Virus record (IMG/VR): IMGVR_UViG_2541047783_000005
DNA length: 45,972 nucleotides
Direction: 5' to 3' (one strand)
Origin: a virus
Taxonomy: Duplodnaviria > Heunggongvirae > Uroviricota > Caudoviricetes
The notes beneath the pieces were generated by a model. The model did not search any database. It was not told where the DNA came from and saw only the letters and a list, made by a program, of their open reading frames with translations. The stretch's first letter is position 1, and each line of letters starts with the position of its first letter. A program made the translations under genes and the position numbers. Positions 29,618-44,403 of this stretch are shown in pieces.

Positions 29618-32600
29618 TTTGGGGATTGATGCGGCAGAGTTTAAAAATGAAATTCCCCGTATCAAAAACCTTCTGAATGGTGCAGCCAGCGATGCAGAAC
29701 GGTCTTCTGCCCGTATGCAGCGTTTTATGGAGCGTCAGACTCAGGCCGCCCGGCAGACAATGCAGGCGGCTTCTTCGGCTGCAACAGCCGCATCCGTCCA
29801 TGCGCAGACGGTGGAGAAGAGCGCACAGGCTCATGAACGCATGGCCCGCGAGGTGGAGCAAACCCGCCAGCGTATGGAGGCACTGAGCCAGAAAATGCGC
29901 GAGGAACAGGCGCAGGCCATGGCTCTGGCGGAGGCTCAGGATAAAGCGGCTGCCGCGTTTTATCGTCAGATTGACAGTGTGAAACAGGCCAGTGCGGGGC
30001 TGCAGGAATTACAGCGTATTCAGCAGCAGATCCGACAGGCCAGAAACAGTGGCGGGATTGGTCAGCAGGATTATCTGGCGCTGATTTCTGAGGTTACGGC
30101 GAAAACCCGTGTTCTTACGCAGGCTGAGGAAGAGGCTACCCGACAGAAAGTGGCGTTTATCCGTCAGCTTAAAGAGCAGGCAACCCGCCAGAATCTTTCT
30201 TCTTCTGAGTTGCTTCGTGCTAAGGCTGCCCAGCTGGGGGTAAGCAGTGCTGCAGAAGTGTATATCCGCAAAATGGAGCAGGCAGGAAAAGCCACGCATT
30301 CGCTGGGTCTGAAAAGTGCAGCGGCCCGCCAGGAGATTGGCGTTCTGATAGGTGAACTGGCCCGCGGCAATTTAGGGGCGCTGAGGGGATCCGGGATAAC
30401 GCTGGCTAACCGTGCCGGATGGATAGACACTCTGATGTCACCGAAAGGCATGATGCTTGGCGGGGTTATTGGCGGTATTGCCGCGTCCGTCTATGGTCTG
30501 GGTAAAGCCTGGTATGACGGTCAGAAGGAGGGGGAAGAATTTAACCGCCAGTTGTCGCTGACGGGGCATTATGCCGGAGTCACTGCCGGGCAGCTGTGGA
30601 CGCTCAGTCGTGCTATTTCCGGGAATGGTATCACGCAACATGCTGCAGCCGGTGCGCTGGCTCAGGTGGTGGGGAGTGGTGCATTTCGTGGAAACGATAT
30701 CGGTATGGTGGCGAGAGCTGCCGCACAGATGGAGCGATCGGTTGGCCAGTCGGTCAGCGATACCATAAATCAGTTTAAGCGGCTGAAGGATGATCCTGTA
30801 AATGCCGCGAAGGCTCTGGACAATGAGCTGCATTTTCTTACTGCCACTCAGCTTGAGCAGATACGTGTCCTTGGGGATCAGGGACGGTCCAGTGATGCTG
30901 CACGGATAGCCATGTCTGCACTGGCAGAGGAAACCGGTCGGCGTACTGCGGATATTGATAATAACCTCAATGCGCTTGGCAGTACGCTGAAGTATCTGTC
31001 TGATTTGTGGAGTCGTTTCTGGGATGCGGCCATGAATATTGGTCGTGAAGACTCGCTGGATGAACAGATTGCCGCTTTACAGGAGAAAGTGTCGCGGGCG
31101 AAAAGACTCCCCTGGACGGCATCATCTTCTCAGGTTGAATACGATCAGCAGCGTCTTAACGATCTTCAGGAGAAAAAACGCCAGAAGGATTTGCAGGATG
31201 CAAAAGAGCAGGCAGAGCGGAATTATCAGGAGCAACAGAAACGACGTAATGCTGAAAATGCTGCACTGAACCGGATGAATGAAACGGAAGCAGCACGACA
31301 TCAGCGTGAAATTGCGCGTATTAATTCCATGCAGTACGCCGATCAGGCTGTCAGGGATGCAGCGATACAACGTGAAAATGAACGTTACGAGAAAGCCCTG
31401 GCATCCGGTAAGAAAAAAACACGCGAACCCCGTAATGATGAGGCCACCCGGTTATTGCTGCAGTACAGTCAGCAACAGGCACAGGTGGAAGGACAGATTG
31501 CTGCTGCCAGACAGTCAGCAGGCATTGCCACGGAAAGGATGACAGAAGCGCATAAACAGCTTCTGGCTCTGCAGCAGCGCATCAGCGACCTGGACGGGAA
31601 AAAACTGACGGCAGATGAAAAGAGTGTGCTGGCCCGTAAAGATGAACTGATTCAGGCACTGACGCTGCTGGATGTAAAACAGCAGGAGCTTCAGAAACAG
31701 ACGGCACTCAACGAGCTGAAGAAAAAAACAATTCAGCTGACCAGTCAACTGGCTGAAGAAGAGCGCGCTCAGCGTCAGCAACATGACCTGGATATCGCCA
31801 CGGTGGGTATGGGTGATCAGCAGCGGCAGCGATATCAGGTACAACTGAGTCTTCGCCAGAAATACCAGCAACAGCTGGAGCAGTTGAGGCGGGATAGTGA
31901 GCAGAAAGGAACATATAACACGGATGACTACAGAAAGGCCGAGCAGGCGCTGACGGAGAGCCTGAACCGACAACTGAATGAGAATCGCCGTTACTGGCAA
32001 CAGCTTGAAGTTGTGCAGGGTAACTGGAAAAACGGAGTCCTGCGTGCATTTCAGGATTTTACCGTGGATGCAGATAATACGGCAGGAACAGCAGAACAGG
32101 TGTTCTCGTCAGCCTTCAGCAACATGGGAAATGGCCTGGCAACTTTTGTCACTACCGGCAAACTCAATTTCAAATCCTTCACCTCTTCTGTGCTGTCAGA
32201 TATGGCGAAAATCCTGGCGCAGGCAACCATGATGAAATCGATAAAAGGGATTGGCAGTGTGCTGGGATTTGATCTCAGCAGCCTTTCCCTGAATGCCAAT
32301 GGGGGGATTTATCAGTCTGCTGATTTGAGTCGTTACAGTGGCACGGTGGTTAACCGTCCGACGTTTTTTGCTTTTGCAAAAGGCGCGGGTGTGATGGGGG
32401 AAGCGGGACCTGAAGCCATTCTGCCATTGCGTCGTGGTGCTGACGGTAAGCTGGGGGTTGTGGCGGATATTGGGGGTTCAGGTATGGCGATGTTTTCCCC
32501 GCAGTACAACATCGAGATCAATAACGATGGCACGAACGGGCAGATAGGTCCGGCTGCCCTGAAGGCGGTTTATGACCTCGGGAAAAAAGCGGCAGCGGAC

Positions 32601-32654
32601 TTTATGCAACAGCAGGCCCGTGATGGTGGTCGGTTAAGTGGAGCATATCGGTAA
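29589..32654 (+). CDS. H: Tail tape measure protein (gpH-like)
   Basis: About 1020 aa, Ala/Gln-rich helical repeats; GGAGG RBS before ATG 29589. Confidence 0.85.
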   Translation: MDQIANLVIDLGIDAAEFKNEIPRIKNLLNGAASDAERSSARMQRFMERQTQAARQTMQAASSAATAASVHAQTVEKSAQAHERMAREVEQTRQRMEALSQKMREEQAQAMALAEAQDKAAAAFYRQIDSVKQASAGLQELQRIQQQIRQARNSGGIGQQDYLALISEVTAKTRVLTQAEEEATRQKVAFIRQLKEQATRQNLSSSELLRAKAAQLGVSSAAEVYIRKMEQAGKATHSLGLKSAAARQEIGVLIGELARGNLGALRGSGITLANRAGWIDTLMSPKGMMLGGVIGGIAASVYGLGKAWYDGQKEGEEFNRQLSLTGHYAGVTAGQLWTLSRAISGNGITQHAAAGALAQVVGSGAFRGNDIGMVARAAAQMERSVGQSVSDTINQFKRLKDDPVNAAKALDNELHFLTATQLEQIRVLGDQGRSSDAARIAMSALAEETGRRTADIDNNLNALGSTLKYLSDLWSRFWDAAMNIGREDSLDEQIAALQEKVSRAKRLPWTASSSQVEYDQQRLNDLQEKKRQKDLQDAKEQAERNYQEQQKRRNAENAALNRMNETEAARHQREIARINSMQYADQAVRDAAIQRENERYEKALASGKKKTREPRNDEATRLLLQYSQQQAQVEGQIAAARQSAGIATERMTEAHKQLLALQQRISDLDGKKLTADEKSVLARKDELIQALTLLDVKQQELQKQTALNELKKKTIQLTSQLAEEERAQRQQHDLDIATVGMGDQQRQRYQVQLSLRQKYQQQLEQLRRDSEQKGTYNTDDYRKAEQALTESLNRQLNENRRYWQQLEVVQGNWKNGVLRAFQDFTVDADNTAGTAEQVFSSAFSNMGNGLATFVTTGKLNFKSFTSSVLSDMAKILAQATMMKSIKGIGSVLGFDLSSLSLNANGGIYQSADLSRYSGTVVNRPTFFAFAKGAGVMGEAGPEAILPLRRGADGKLGVVADIGGSGMAMFSPQYNIEINNDGTNGQIGPAALKAVYDLGKKAAADFMQQQARDGGRLSGAYR

Positions 32655-32983
32655 TGGAGACGTTTCACTGGAAAGTGCGCCCGGATATGAATGTGGTATC
32701 AGAGCCGAAAGTGGTGACAGTGAAGCTTGGCGATGGTTATGAACAGCGTCGTGCGGCGGGACTGAATAACCAGTTGTCGACTTACAGCGTGACGATACGT
32801 GTTCGTAAATGTGAACACCCATCTTTAAAAGCCTTTCTGGAACGGCACGGTGGCGTCCGCGCATTTCAGTGGACGCCACCTTATGACTGGAAGCCGATCA
32901 GGGTGGTTTGTCGTAAATGGTCGGCAAGCGTGGGGGCGTTGTGGGTAACCATAACGGCAGATTTTGAACAGGTCGTGGCATAG
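32654..32983 (+). CDS. M: Minor tail protein M
   Basis: 109 aa, METFHWKVRP... similar to lambda gpM in size and N-terminus. Confidence 0.8.
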   Translation: METFHWKVRPDMNVVSEPKVVTVKLGDGYEQRRAAGLNNQLSTYSVTIRVRKCEHPSLKAFLERHGGVRAFQWTPPYDWKPIRVVCRKWSASVGALWVTITADFEQVVA

Positions 32984-32992
32984 GAGGCTCTG

Positions 32993-33691
32993 ATGCAGGA
33001 TATTCCACAGGAAACACATCATGAGACGACACGCCTCACTCAGTCAGCCCAGGTGGTGCTCTGGGAAATCGATCTGACAGAGGTCGGTGGTGAACGTTAT
33101 TTTTTCTGTAATGAGCAGAACGAAAAAGGTGAGCCGGTTACCTGGCAGGGGCGGCAGTATCCGGCATACCCCATTCAGGGGACGGGATTTGAACTGAATG
33201 GCAAGGGCAGTGCTGCCCGTCCGACACTGACGGTTTCTAACCTGCACGGCATGGTCACCGGGATGGCGGAAGATCTGCAGAGTCTGGTCGGCGGAACGGT
33301 GGTCAGGCGTAAGGTTTACGCCCGTTTTCTGGATGCGGTGAACTTCGTCAACGGAAACAGTGACGCCGATCCTGAGCAGGAGGTGATCAGCCGCTGGCGC
33401 ATCGAGCAGTGCAGCGAACTGAGCGCGGTGAGTGCCTCTTTTGTACTGTCCACGCCGACGGAAACGGACGGTGCCGTTTTTCCGGGGCGCATCATGCTGG
33501 CCAACACCTGCACCTGGACCTATCGCGGTGACGAGTGCGGTTATCACGGTCCGGCGGTCGCGGATGAATATGATCAGCCGACGTCCGATATCACGAAGGA
33601 TAAATGCAGCAAATGCCTGAGCGGCTGTAAGTTTCGCAATAACGTCGGCAACTTTGGCGGCTTCCTTTCCATTAACAAACTTTCGCAGTGA
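32993..33691 (+). CDS. L: Minor tail protein L
   Basis: 232 aa, same length as lambda gpL; C-terminal Cys cluster. Confidence 0.8.
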   Translation: MQDIPQETHHETTRLTQSAQVVLWEIDLTEVGGERYFFCNEQNEKGEPVTWQGRQYPAYPIQGTGFELNGKGSAARPTLTVSNLHGMVTGMAEDLQSLVGGTVVRRKVYARFLDAVNFVNGNSDADPEQEVISRWRIEQCSELSAVSASFVLSTPTETDGAVFPGRIMLANTCTWTYRGDECGYHGPAVADEYDQPTSDITKDKCSKCLSGCKFRNNVGNFGGFLSINKLSQ

Positions 33692-34440
33692 ATCCCATGA
33701 CAGAGACAGAATCAGCGATTCTGGCGCACGCCCGGCGATGTGCGCCAGCGGAGTCGTGCGGCTTCGTGGTGAGAACACCGGAGGGGGAAAGATATTTTCC
33801 CTGCGTGAATATCTCTGGTGAGCCGGAGGCGTATTTCCGGATGTCGCCGGAGGACTGGCTGAGTGCAGAAATGCAGGGAGAGATTGTGGCGCTGGTCCAC
33901 AGCCACCCCGGTGGTCTGCCCTGGCTGAGTGAGGCCGACCGGCGGCTGCAGGTGCAGAGTGATTTGCCGTGGTGGCTGGTCTGCCGGGGGGCGATTCATA
34001 AATTCCGCTGTGTGCCGCATCTCACCGGGCGGCGCTTTGAGCACGGGGTGACGGACTGTTACACGCTGTTCCGGGACGCTTACCATCTGGCGGGAATTGA
34101 GATGCCGGATTTTCATCGCGGGGATGACTGGTGGCGTCACGGCCAGAATCTCTATCTGGATAATATGGAGGCAACGGGGTTGTATCAGGTGCCGTTGTCA
34201 GCGGCCCAGCCGGGCGATGTGCTGCTGTGCTGTTTTGGTTCATCGGTGCCGAATCATGCCGCCATTTACTGTGGCGACGGCGAGCTGCTGCACCATATTC
34301 CTGAACAACTGAGTAAACGAGAGAGGTACACCGACAAATGGCAGCGACGCACACACTCCCTCTGGCGTCACCGGGCATGGCACGCATCTGCCTTTACGGG
34401 GATTTGCAACGATTTGGTCGCCGTATCGACCTTCGTGTGA
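33688..34440 (+). CDS. K: Tail assembly protein K (MPN/JAB plus NlpC/P60-like)
   Basis: HSHPGG motif (JAB-like) and a Cys/His-containing C-terminal half; position between L and I. Confidence 0.8.
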   Translation: MNPMTETESAILAHARRCAPAESCGFVVRTPEGERYFPCVNISGEPEAYFRMSPEDWLSAEMQGEIVALVHSHPGGLPWLSEADRRLQVQSDLPWWLVCRGAIHKFRCVPHLTGRRFEHGVTDCYTLFRDAYHLAGIEMPDFHRGDDWWRHGQNLYLDNMEATGLYQVPLSAAQPGDVLLCCFGSSVPNHAAIYCGDGELLHHIPEQLSKRERYTDKWQRRTHSLWRHRAWHASAFTGICNDLVAVSTFV

Positions 34441-34985
34441 AAACGGGGGCTGAAGCCATCCGGGCACTGGCCACACAGCTCCCGGTGTTTCGTCAGAAAC
34501 TGAATGAGGGCTGGTATCAGGTGCGCATTGCCGGGCGTGATGCAGGCGAAAATGAATTATCTGCCCGTCTTAATGAGCCGCTGGCAAATGGTGCCGTGAT
34601 CCACATCGTGCCGCGTCTGGCGGGAGCTAAAAGTGGCGGTGTGTTTCAGGTGGTGCTTGGGGCGGCGCTGATTGCGGTGGCATGGTGGAACCCTGTGGGC
34701 TGGCTGGGGGCCGCGGCTGTATCGGGCATGTATGCGGCAGGGGCCAGTATGATCCTGGGCGGAGTGGCGCAGATGCTGGCACCGAAAGCCAGGACGCCCA
34801 CGGCAGCCAGTACAGATAACGGCAAACAGAACACCTATTTCTCCTCACTGGATAACATGGTTGCCCAGGGCAATGTTCTGCCTGTTCTGTACGGTGAAAT
34901 GCGCGTGGGGTCACGTGTGGTTTCTCAGGAGATCAGCACGGCAGACGAAGGGGATGGTGGTCAGGTTGTGGTGATTGGTCGCTGA
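34338..34985 (+). CDS. I: Tail assembly protein I
   Basis: C-terminal hydrophobic Gly/Ala-rich segment; overlaps K; start may be the internal ATG near 34377. Confidence 0.7.
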   Translation: MAATHTLPLASPGMARICLYGDLQRFGRRIDLRVKTGAEAIRALATQLPVFRQKLNEGWYQVRIAGRDAGENELSARLNEPLANGAVIHIVPRLAGAKSGGVFQVVLGAALIAVAWWNPVGWLGAAAVSGMYAAGASMILGGVAQMLAPKARTPTAASTDNGKQNTYFSSLDNMVAQGNVLPVLYGEMRVGSRVVSQEISTADEGDGGQVVVIGR

Positions 34986-35042
34986 TGCAAAATGTTTTAT
35001 GTGAAACCGCCTCCGGGCGGTTTTATCGTTTATGGAGCGTGA

Positions 35043-38444
<3,402 letters not shown>

Positions 38445-38461
38445 ATTTTATAACCCAGAAC

Positions 38462-38487
38462 GGGCGTCAGAAATGACGCCTTTTTTA
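38462..38487 (+). terminator. Intrinsic terminator after J
   Basis: GGCGTCA-GAAA-TGACGCC hairpin followed by TTTTTTATT. Confidence 0.6.
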
Positions 38488-38510
38488 TTGCAGAAAAGCG
38501 AGAGGTAATT

Positions 38511-39110
38511 ATGCGTAAACTTTATGCCGCCATTTTGTCCGCAGCCATTTGTCTGGCCGTATCCGGTGCGCCTGCATGGGCGTCTGAACATCAGTCCACG
38601 CTGAGCGCGGGGTATCTTCATGCCCGGACGAACGTTCCCGGCAGTGATGATCTGAACGGGATTAACGTGAAATACCGTTATGAGTTTACGGACACACTGG
38701 GGCTGGTGACGTCATTCAGCTATGCAGGAGACAAGAATCGCCAGCTTACCCGTTACAGCGATACCCGCTGGCATGAAGATTCCGTGCGTAACCGCTGGTT
38801 CAGCGTGATGGTGGGGCCGTCTGTGCGCGTGAATGAATGGTTCAGCGCGTATGCGATGGCGGGTATGGCTTACAGCCGTGTGTCGACTTTCTCCGGGGAT
38901 TATCTCCGCGTAACTGACAACAAGGGGAAAACGCACGACGTGCTGACCGGAAGTGATGACGGTCGCCACAGCAACACGTCTCTGGCGTGGGGAGCTGGCG
39001 TGCAGTTTAACCCGACCGAATCCGTGGCCATTGATATTGCTTATGAAGGCTCCGGCAGTGGCGACTGGCGCACTGACGGTTTCATCGTGGGTGTCGGTTA
39101 TAAGTTCTGA
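38511..39110 (+). CDS. lom: Lom outer-membrane protein (Ail/Lom family)
   Basis: Signal peptide ([24 protein letters not shown]), beta-barrel-like pattern, C-terminal aromatic residue (YKF); position after J as in lambda. Confidence 0.85.
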
Positions 39111-39136
39111 TTAGCCAGGTAACACAGTGTTATGAC

Positions 39137-39164
39137 AGCCCGCCGGTTCAGGCGGGCTTTTTTG
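39137..39164 (+). terminator. Intrinsic terminator after lom
   Basis: GCCCGCC-GGTTCA-GGCGGGC hairpin followed by TTTTTTG. Confidence 0.6.
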
Positions 39165-39174
39165 TGGGGTGAAT

Positions 39175-42090
39175 ATGGCAGTAAAGATTTCAGGTGTACT
39201 GAAAGACGGCACAGGAAAACCGGTACAGAACTGCACAATCCAGCTGAAAGCAAAACGTAACAGCACCACGGTGGTGGTGAACACGCTGGCCTCAGAAAAT
39301 CCGGATGAAGCCGGGCGTTACAGCATGGACGTTGAGTACGGGCAGTACAGCGTTATTCTGTTGGTGGAAGGATTCCCGCCGTCACATGCCGGGACCATCA
39401 CCGTGTATGAAGATTCTCAACCCGGTACGCTGAATGATTTTCTCGGTGCCATGACGGAGGATGATGCCCGTCCGGAGGCACTGCGCCGTTTTGAACAGAT
39501 GGTGGAAGAGGTGGCGCGTAACGCGTCCGTGGTGGCACAGAACACGGCAGCCGCGAAGAAGTCAGCCAGTGATGCCGGCACATCTGCCCGTGAGGCGGCA
39601 ACCCATGCGACTGATGCTGCAGATTCAGCACGTGCAGCCAGCACGTCAGCCGGACAGGCCGCTTCGTCGGCTCAGTCAGCGTCTTCCAGCGCAGGAACGG
39701 CATCAACAAAGGCCACTGAAGCGGAAAAAAGTGCTGCCGCTGCAGAGTCCTCAAAAAGCGCGGCAGCTACCAGTGCCGCTGCCGCGAAAACGTCAGAAAC
39801 GAATGCTGCAGCGTCACAACAATCAGCCGCCACTTCTGCATCCACCGCGACCACGAAAGCGTCAGAAGCTGCCACCTCAGCCCGGGATGCGTCGGCTTCA
39901 AAAGAGGCGGCAAAATCATCAGAAACGAACGCATCCTCGAGCGCCAGTAGCGCAGCTTCCTCGGCAACGGCGGCAGCAAATTCCGCGAAGGCGGCAAAAA
40001 CGTCCGAGACGAACGCCAGGTCTTCTGAGACGGCAGCGGGACAGAGCGCCTCAGCTGCGGCAGGCTCAAAAACAGCGGCTGCGTCGTCTGCCAGTGCCGC
40101 GTCAACAAGTGCCGGGCAGGCCTCAGCCAGTGCCACCGCTGCCGGAAAATCGGCAGAAAGCGCCGCATCGTCCGCTTCAACAGCCACAACGAAGGCTGGC
40201 GAAGCCACTGAACAGGCCAGCGCAGCAGCGAGGTCTGCTTCCGCAGCGAAGACATCCGAGACGAACGCGAAAGCGTCGGAAACCAGCGCAGAATCCTCAA
40301 AAACGGCTGCCGCATCGTCCGCCAGTTCGGCGGCGTCATCGGCATCATCTGCGTCTGCTTCAAAAGATGAGGCGACCAGACAGGCGTCAGCAGCAAAGGG
40401 CAGCGCCACGACGGCATCCACGAAGGCGACAGAGGCAGCTGGCAGTGCGACGGCGGCAGCTCAGAGCAAAAGTACGGCGGAATCCGCGGCAACGCGCGCC
40501 GAGACAGCGGCAAAACGGGCAGAGGATATTGCATCCGCCGTGGCGCTTGAGGATGCGAGCACGACGAAAAAGGGGATAGTACAGCTCAGCAGTGCGACTA
40601 ACAGCACTTCCGAGTCACTGGCGGCAACGCCAAAAGCCGTTAAGGCCGCGTATGAGCTGGCTAACGGGAAATACACCGCACAGGATGCAACGACAGCACA
40701 AAAAGGGATAGTTCAGCTCAGCAGCGCGACCAACAGCACATCTGAAATGCTGGCGGCAACGCCAAAGTCGGTAAAGGCAGCCTATGACCTTGCTAACGGG
40801 AAATATACTGCTCAGGACGCTACGACAGCACAAAAAGGAATTGTCCAGCTCAGTAGTGCAACCAACAGCGCATCTGAAACGCTTGCCGCGACACCGAAAG
40901 CAGTGAAAGCAGCTAATGATAATGCGAATGGTCGGGTACCTTCTGCCCGTAAGGTGAATGGTAAGGCGCTTTCAGCGGATATAACACTGACGCCGAAAGA
41001 TATTGGTACGCTTAACTCAACAACAATGTCATTCAGCGGTGGTGCTGGTTGGTTCAAATTAGCAACGGTAACCATGCCACAGGCGAGTTCTGTTGTTTCA
41101 ATTACGTTGATTGGTGGCGCGGGATTTAACGTGGGGTCACCTCAACAGGCAGGTATATCTGAACTTGTTTTGCGTGCAGGTAATGGTAATCCGAAGGGGA
41201 TTACTGGTGCTTTATGGCAGCGCACATCGACAGGGTTTACAAATTTTGCCTGGGTCAATACATCTGGTGATACTTACGATATTTACGTTGCAATCGGAAA
41301 TTATGCGACTGGTGTAAATATTCAATGGGATTATACCAGTAATGCCAGCGTGACTATTCATACGTCACCAGCATATTCTGCTAATAAGCCGGAAGGGTTA
41401 ACGGACGGTACAGTTTATTCACTCTATACGCCATCAGAGCAGTTTTATCCGCCTGGCGCACCAATCCCGTGGCCATCAGATACCGTTCCGTCTGGTTATG
41501 CCCTGATGCAGGGGCAGACTTTTGACAAATCCGCTTACCCGAAACTTGCAACCGCTTATCCGTCAGGCGTGATCCCTGATATGCGTGGCTGGACGATTAA
41601 GGGCAAACCTGCCAGTGGTCGGGCCGTATTGTCTCAGGAACAGGACGGCATTAAATCGCACACCCACAGCGCCAGTGCATCCAGTACGGATTTGGGGACG
41701 AAAACCACATCGTCGTTTGATTACGGCACTAAATCCACGAATAACACCGGGGCGCATACGCACAGTGTGAGCGGTACAGCCGCAAGTGCCGGAAACCATA
41801 CTCATAGTGTCACAGGCGCATCAGCAGTCAGCCAGTGGTCACAAAATGGGTCAGTACATAAGGTAGTGTCTGCGGCCAGTGTGAATACAAGTGCTGCAGG
41901 AGCGCACACTCATAGTGTCAGCGGCACAGCTGCATCTGCAGGTGCTCACGCACATACTGTCGGTATTGGTGCTCATACGCACTCTGTTGCGATTGGCTCA
42001 CATGGACACACCATCACCGTTAACGCTGCTGGTAACGCGGAAAACACTGTCAAAAACATCGCATTTAACTACATTGTGAGGCTTGCATAA
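39175..42090 (+). CDS. stf: Side tail fibre protein Stf
   Basis: N-terminus [26 protein letters not shown]... as in lambda Stf; long Ala/Ser/Thr-rich shaft; three 43-aa tandem repeats; His-rich HTHS repeats near the C-terminus. Confidence 0.85.
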   Translation: MAVKISGVLKDGTGKPVQNCTIQLKAKRNSTTVVVNTLASENPDEAGRYSMDVEYGQYSVILLVEGFPPSHAGTITVYEDSQPGTLNDFLGAMTEDDARPEALRRFEQMVEEVARNASVVAQNTAAAKKSASDAGTSAREAATHATDAADSARAASTSAGQAASSAQSASSSAGTASTKATEAEKSAAAAESSKSAAATSAAAAKTSETNAAASQQSAATSASTATTKASEAATSARDASASKEAAKSSETNASSSASSAASSATAAANSAKAAKTSETNARSSETAAGQSASAAAGSKTAAASSASAASTSAGQASASATAAGKSAESAASSASTATTKAGEATEQASAAARSASAAKTSETNAKASETSAESSKTAAASSASSAASSASSASASKDEATRQASAAKGSATTASTKATEAAGSATAAAQSKSTAESAATRAETAAKRAEDIASAVALEDASTTKKGIVQLSSATNSTSESLAATPKAVKAAYELANGKYTAQDATTAQKGIVQLSSATNSTSEMLAATPKSVKAAYDLANGKYTAQDATTAQKGIVQLSSATNSASETLAATPKAVKAANDNANGRVPSARKVNGKALSADITLTPKDIGTLNSTTMSFSGGAGWFKLATVTMPQASSVVSITLIGGAGFNVGSPQQAGISELVLRAGNGNPKGITGALWQRTSTGFTNFAWVNTSGDTYDIYVAIGNYATGVNIQWDYTSNASVTIHTSPAYSANKPEGLTDGTVYSLYTPSEQFYPPGAPIPWPSDTVPSGYALMQGQTFDKSAYPKLATAYPSGVIPDMRGWTIKGKPASGRAVLSQEQDGIKSHTHSASASSTDLGTKTTSSFDYGTKSTNNTGAHTHSVSGTAASAGNHTHSVTGASAVSQWSQNGSVHKVVSAASVNTSAAGAHTHSVSGTAASAGAHAHTVGIGAHTHSVAIGSHGHTITVNAAGNAENTVKNIAFNYIVRLA
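40561..40950 (+). repeat. Three tandem 129-bp (43-aa) repeats inside stf
   Basis: [13 protein letters not shown](T/A)SE(S/M/T)LAATPK(A/S)VKAA(Y/N)(E/D)[15 protein letters not shown] three times, with mostly synonymous DNA differences. Confidence 0.8.
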
Positions 42091-42665
42091 TGGCATTCAG
42101 AATGAGTGAACAACCACGGACCATAAAAATTTATAATCTGCTGGCAGGAACTAATGAATTTATTGGTGAAGGTGACGCATATATTCCGCCTCATACAGGT
42201 CTGCCAGCAAACAGTACCGATATTGCACCGCCAGATATTCCGGCTGGCTTCGTGGCTGTTTTCAACAGTGATGAGGCATCGTGGCATCTCGTTGAAGATC
42301 ATCGGGGTAAAACCGTCTATGACGTGGCTTCCGGCGACGCGTTATTTATTTCTGAACTTGGCCCATTACCGGAAAATGTCACCTGGTTATCCCCGGAAGG
42401 GGAGTTTCAGAAGTGGAACGGCACAGCCTGGGTGAAGGATACGGAAGCAGAAAAACTGTTCCGGATCCGGGAGGCGGAAGAAACAAAAAACAACCTGATG
42501 CAGGTAGCCAGTGAGCATATTGCGCCGCTTCAGGATGCTGCAGATCTGGAAATTGCAACGGAGGAAGAAATCTCGTTGCTGGAAGCATGGAAAAAGTATC
42601 GGGTATTGCTGAACCGTGTTGATACGTCAACTGCACAGGATATTGAATGGCCAGCACTGCCGTAG
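42090..42665 (+). CDS. tfa: Tail fibre assembly protein Tfa
   Basis: [39 protein letters not shown]... typical Tfa N-terminus; overlaps stf stop (TAATG). Confidence 0.85.
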   Translation: MAFRMSEQPRTIKIYNLLAGTNEFIGEGDAYIPPHTGLPANSTDIAPPDIPAGFVAVFNSDEASWHLVEDHRGKTVYDVASGDALFISELGPLPENVTWLSPEGEFQKWNGTAWVKDTEAEKLFRIREAEETKNNLMQVASEHIAPLQDAADLEIATEEEISLLEAWKKYRVLLNRVDTSTAQDIEWPALP

Positions 42666-42762
42666 GGTAAAACATATAAATTCTATAATTAGATGTATCT
42701 TTCCATTTACGGCAAGGAAGGGGGCTTGGAAGACGTAAAGCATCTCACACCGAGATTATTTT

Positions 42763-43353
42763 TTATATGTCAGGTGTCTGAAGTTTTGCTTTGGCTCTTA
42801 AAATGGTTTGCCGCGAGGTTTTGAATTCCCGGGCAATGGCACTTATACTTACACCTGACTTAATTCGTTCGAATACCACCTGTTTCTGTTCTTCATTTAA
42901 CACAGGTGGTCGACCAAAACGTTTCCCTGCGCCGCGGGCTCTTACTATCCCGGAATGAGTGCGTTCAAGTAAAAGGTCTCGTTCAAATTCAGCGACTGCT
43001 GAAATTACTTGCATCATCATTTTTCCTGTTGGACTGGTCAGGTCAATGCCCCCCAATGCTAAGCAATGCACTCTGATACCTGTTTCGGTCAGTTGTTCCA
43101 CTGTTTTCCTGATATCCATTGCATTACAACCAAGGCGATCCAGTTTTGTCACAATCAATTGATCACCACATTTCAGGCGAGCAAGCAACCGGTTAAAACC
43201 AGGACGCTCACTGGTTGCTGCTGAGCCGCTAATGTGTTCTTCGATTATTTGCTGAGGTTTGATTTTAAAACCTGCACTTTCGATTTCCCGGCGTTGATTT
43301 TCGGTGGTCTGATCCAGCGTTGATATCCGACAGTAAGCAAAAATTCGAGACAT
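42763..43353 (-). CDS. pin: Serine recombinase of the DNA-invertase family (Pin-like)
   Basis: N-terminal catalytic motif [11 protein letters not shown] (active-site Ser); 196 aa; C-terminal HTH; adjacent to tfa as in Qin/Rac. Confidence 0.85.
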
Positions 43354-43420
43354 AGTGAGATTCTATACGAAATTGGTGTTCATATCATAATGCATCTCAG
43401 AAAATAATTTTGATTATTTT

Positions 43421-43440
43421 TGTACATATTTGTATGTACA
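43421..43440. promoter_or_regulatory. Perfect 8-bp inverted repeat (TGTACATA-TTTG-TATGTACA) upstream of pin
   Basis: Read directly, about 70 bp upstream of the pin start codon. Confidence 0.3.
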
Positions 43441-43669
43441 CGTTCGAAAATAAACGAATGCGTATGCAACCCCGTAATTTTGGTGAGACCCAAAATCGAT
43501 TTTGTGAAAAATGGCTTTAACTCGGTTTGTTTTTCGAGTTCCGGGCGGACTCAAGGAAGAAGAATAGTGTTGCGTGTTATTTTAACCAGATTTCAAGTTG
43601 TTTGGTCGTGGAAAAGTGGAGCAAAATGTTGTTAAAGTGGAAAAATGATAAAAAAGTAAGTTTATTATA

Positions 43670-43936
43670 TTACATTTTACCATTTAAATTTTGGTTGTCT
43701 TTAAGAACTGATATCGCTGTTTGTAATAATTCTTTGTTATCCAGCCATGATTTTTTCTTTATGTTTCCTTCAATGTAATCAAGCAATGTTCTGGTATTGA
43801 TAGGTCTTCCCTGTTTTGCTACTTCCACTACAGCATCCCCTAGGATAATTCTTACTTCAGGAAGCTGCGCAGGGAACCACTTTAGGGTGTCTTTTGATTT
43901 CATGAAGATATTCCTTAAAATATTATTGATTTTCAT
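43670..43936 (-). CDS. ydfK: YdfK/YnaE-like small protein
   Basis: MKSKDTLKWFPAQLPEVRIILGDAVVEVAKQGRPINTRTLLDYIEGN... from the internal start of the 88-aa ORF. Confidence 0.6.
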   Translation of the reverse strand: MKINNILRNIFMKSKDTLKWFPAQLPEVRIILGDAVVEVAKQGRPINTRTLLDYIEGNIKKKSWLDNKELLQTAISVLKDNQNLNGKM

Positions 43937-44403
43937 TGCGATATTGTATGTCTGATTCAGGATATGTTGGCTTATACATCGGTTTTGTCTGGGTTATTGG
44001 ATATGCCAATCCCTAATTTTATTAGGGCATGACTAAAAATGCTGAATATGATAAGGAGAGAAGTGATTATCAGTATGCTGTTCATATAGCCTCGAATTAG
44101 TAATGTGTTATATATGATATAGTTGACAATTTTTATCTTGGGTGTTCTTAAAGTTCGTAGATAAACATTGTCGTTTCAGGTATACAGGAATGCTAACAGG
44201 TGGCAGCAAAAATCAGGCGGTTTATGGCGCAAGCTGAAGCGGCAACTGCAAACTATCTTATGCAGAGACTCTACACGGATTGGGTTTAAAAGTATACATA
44301 GATAACAGTTTTTATCTGAAGAAGAAAAATATCAAGGTGATATAGCCTATATGCCTTTGATGCGGAGGAATGAATGTGATGGGAGTGATGTATCTGAATA
44401 GTT

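Noticed and set aside
30009-32049. Several 80-160-aa ORFs on both strands within the tape measure gene
   Set aside because: Fully overlapped by the H gene; no RBS or motif support.
39461-40579. 372-aa Arg/Pro/Gln-rich plus-strand ORF and two long Ala/Asp-rich minus-strand ORFs (39672-40421, 39767-40534) inside stf
   Set aside because: Alternate-frame and antisense readings of the GC-rich, repetitive Ala/Ser-coding shaft region of the tail fibre gene; low-complexity composition and full overlap with a well-supported gene.
41000-42800. Invertible tail-fibre segment with gix/hix crossover sites
   Set aside because: No convincing 26-bp inverted repeats and no second inverted tfa or stf fragment were found by eye; reported only as a question in the findings.
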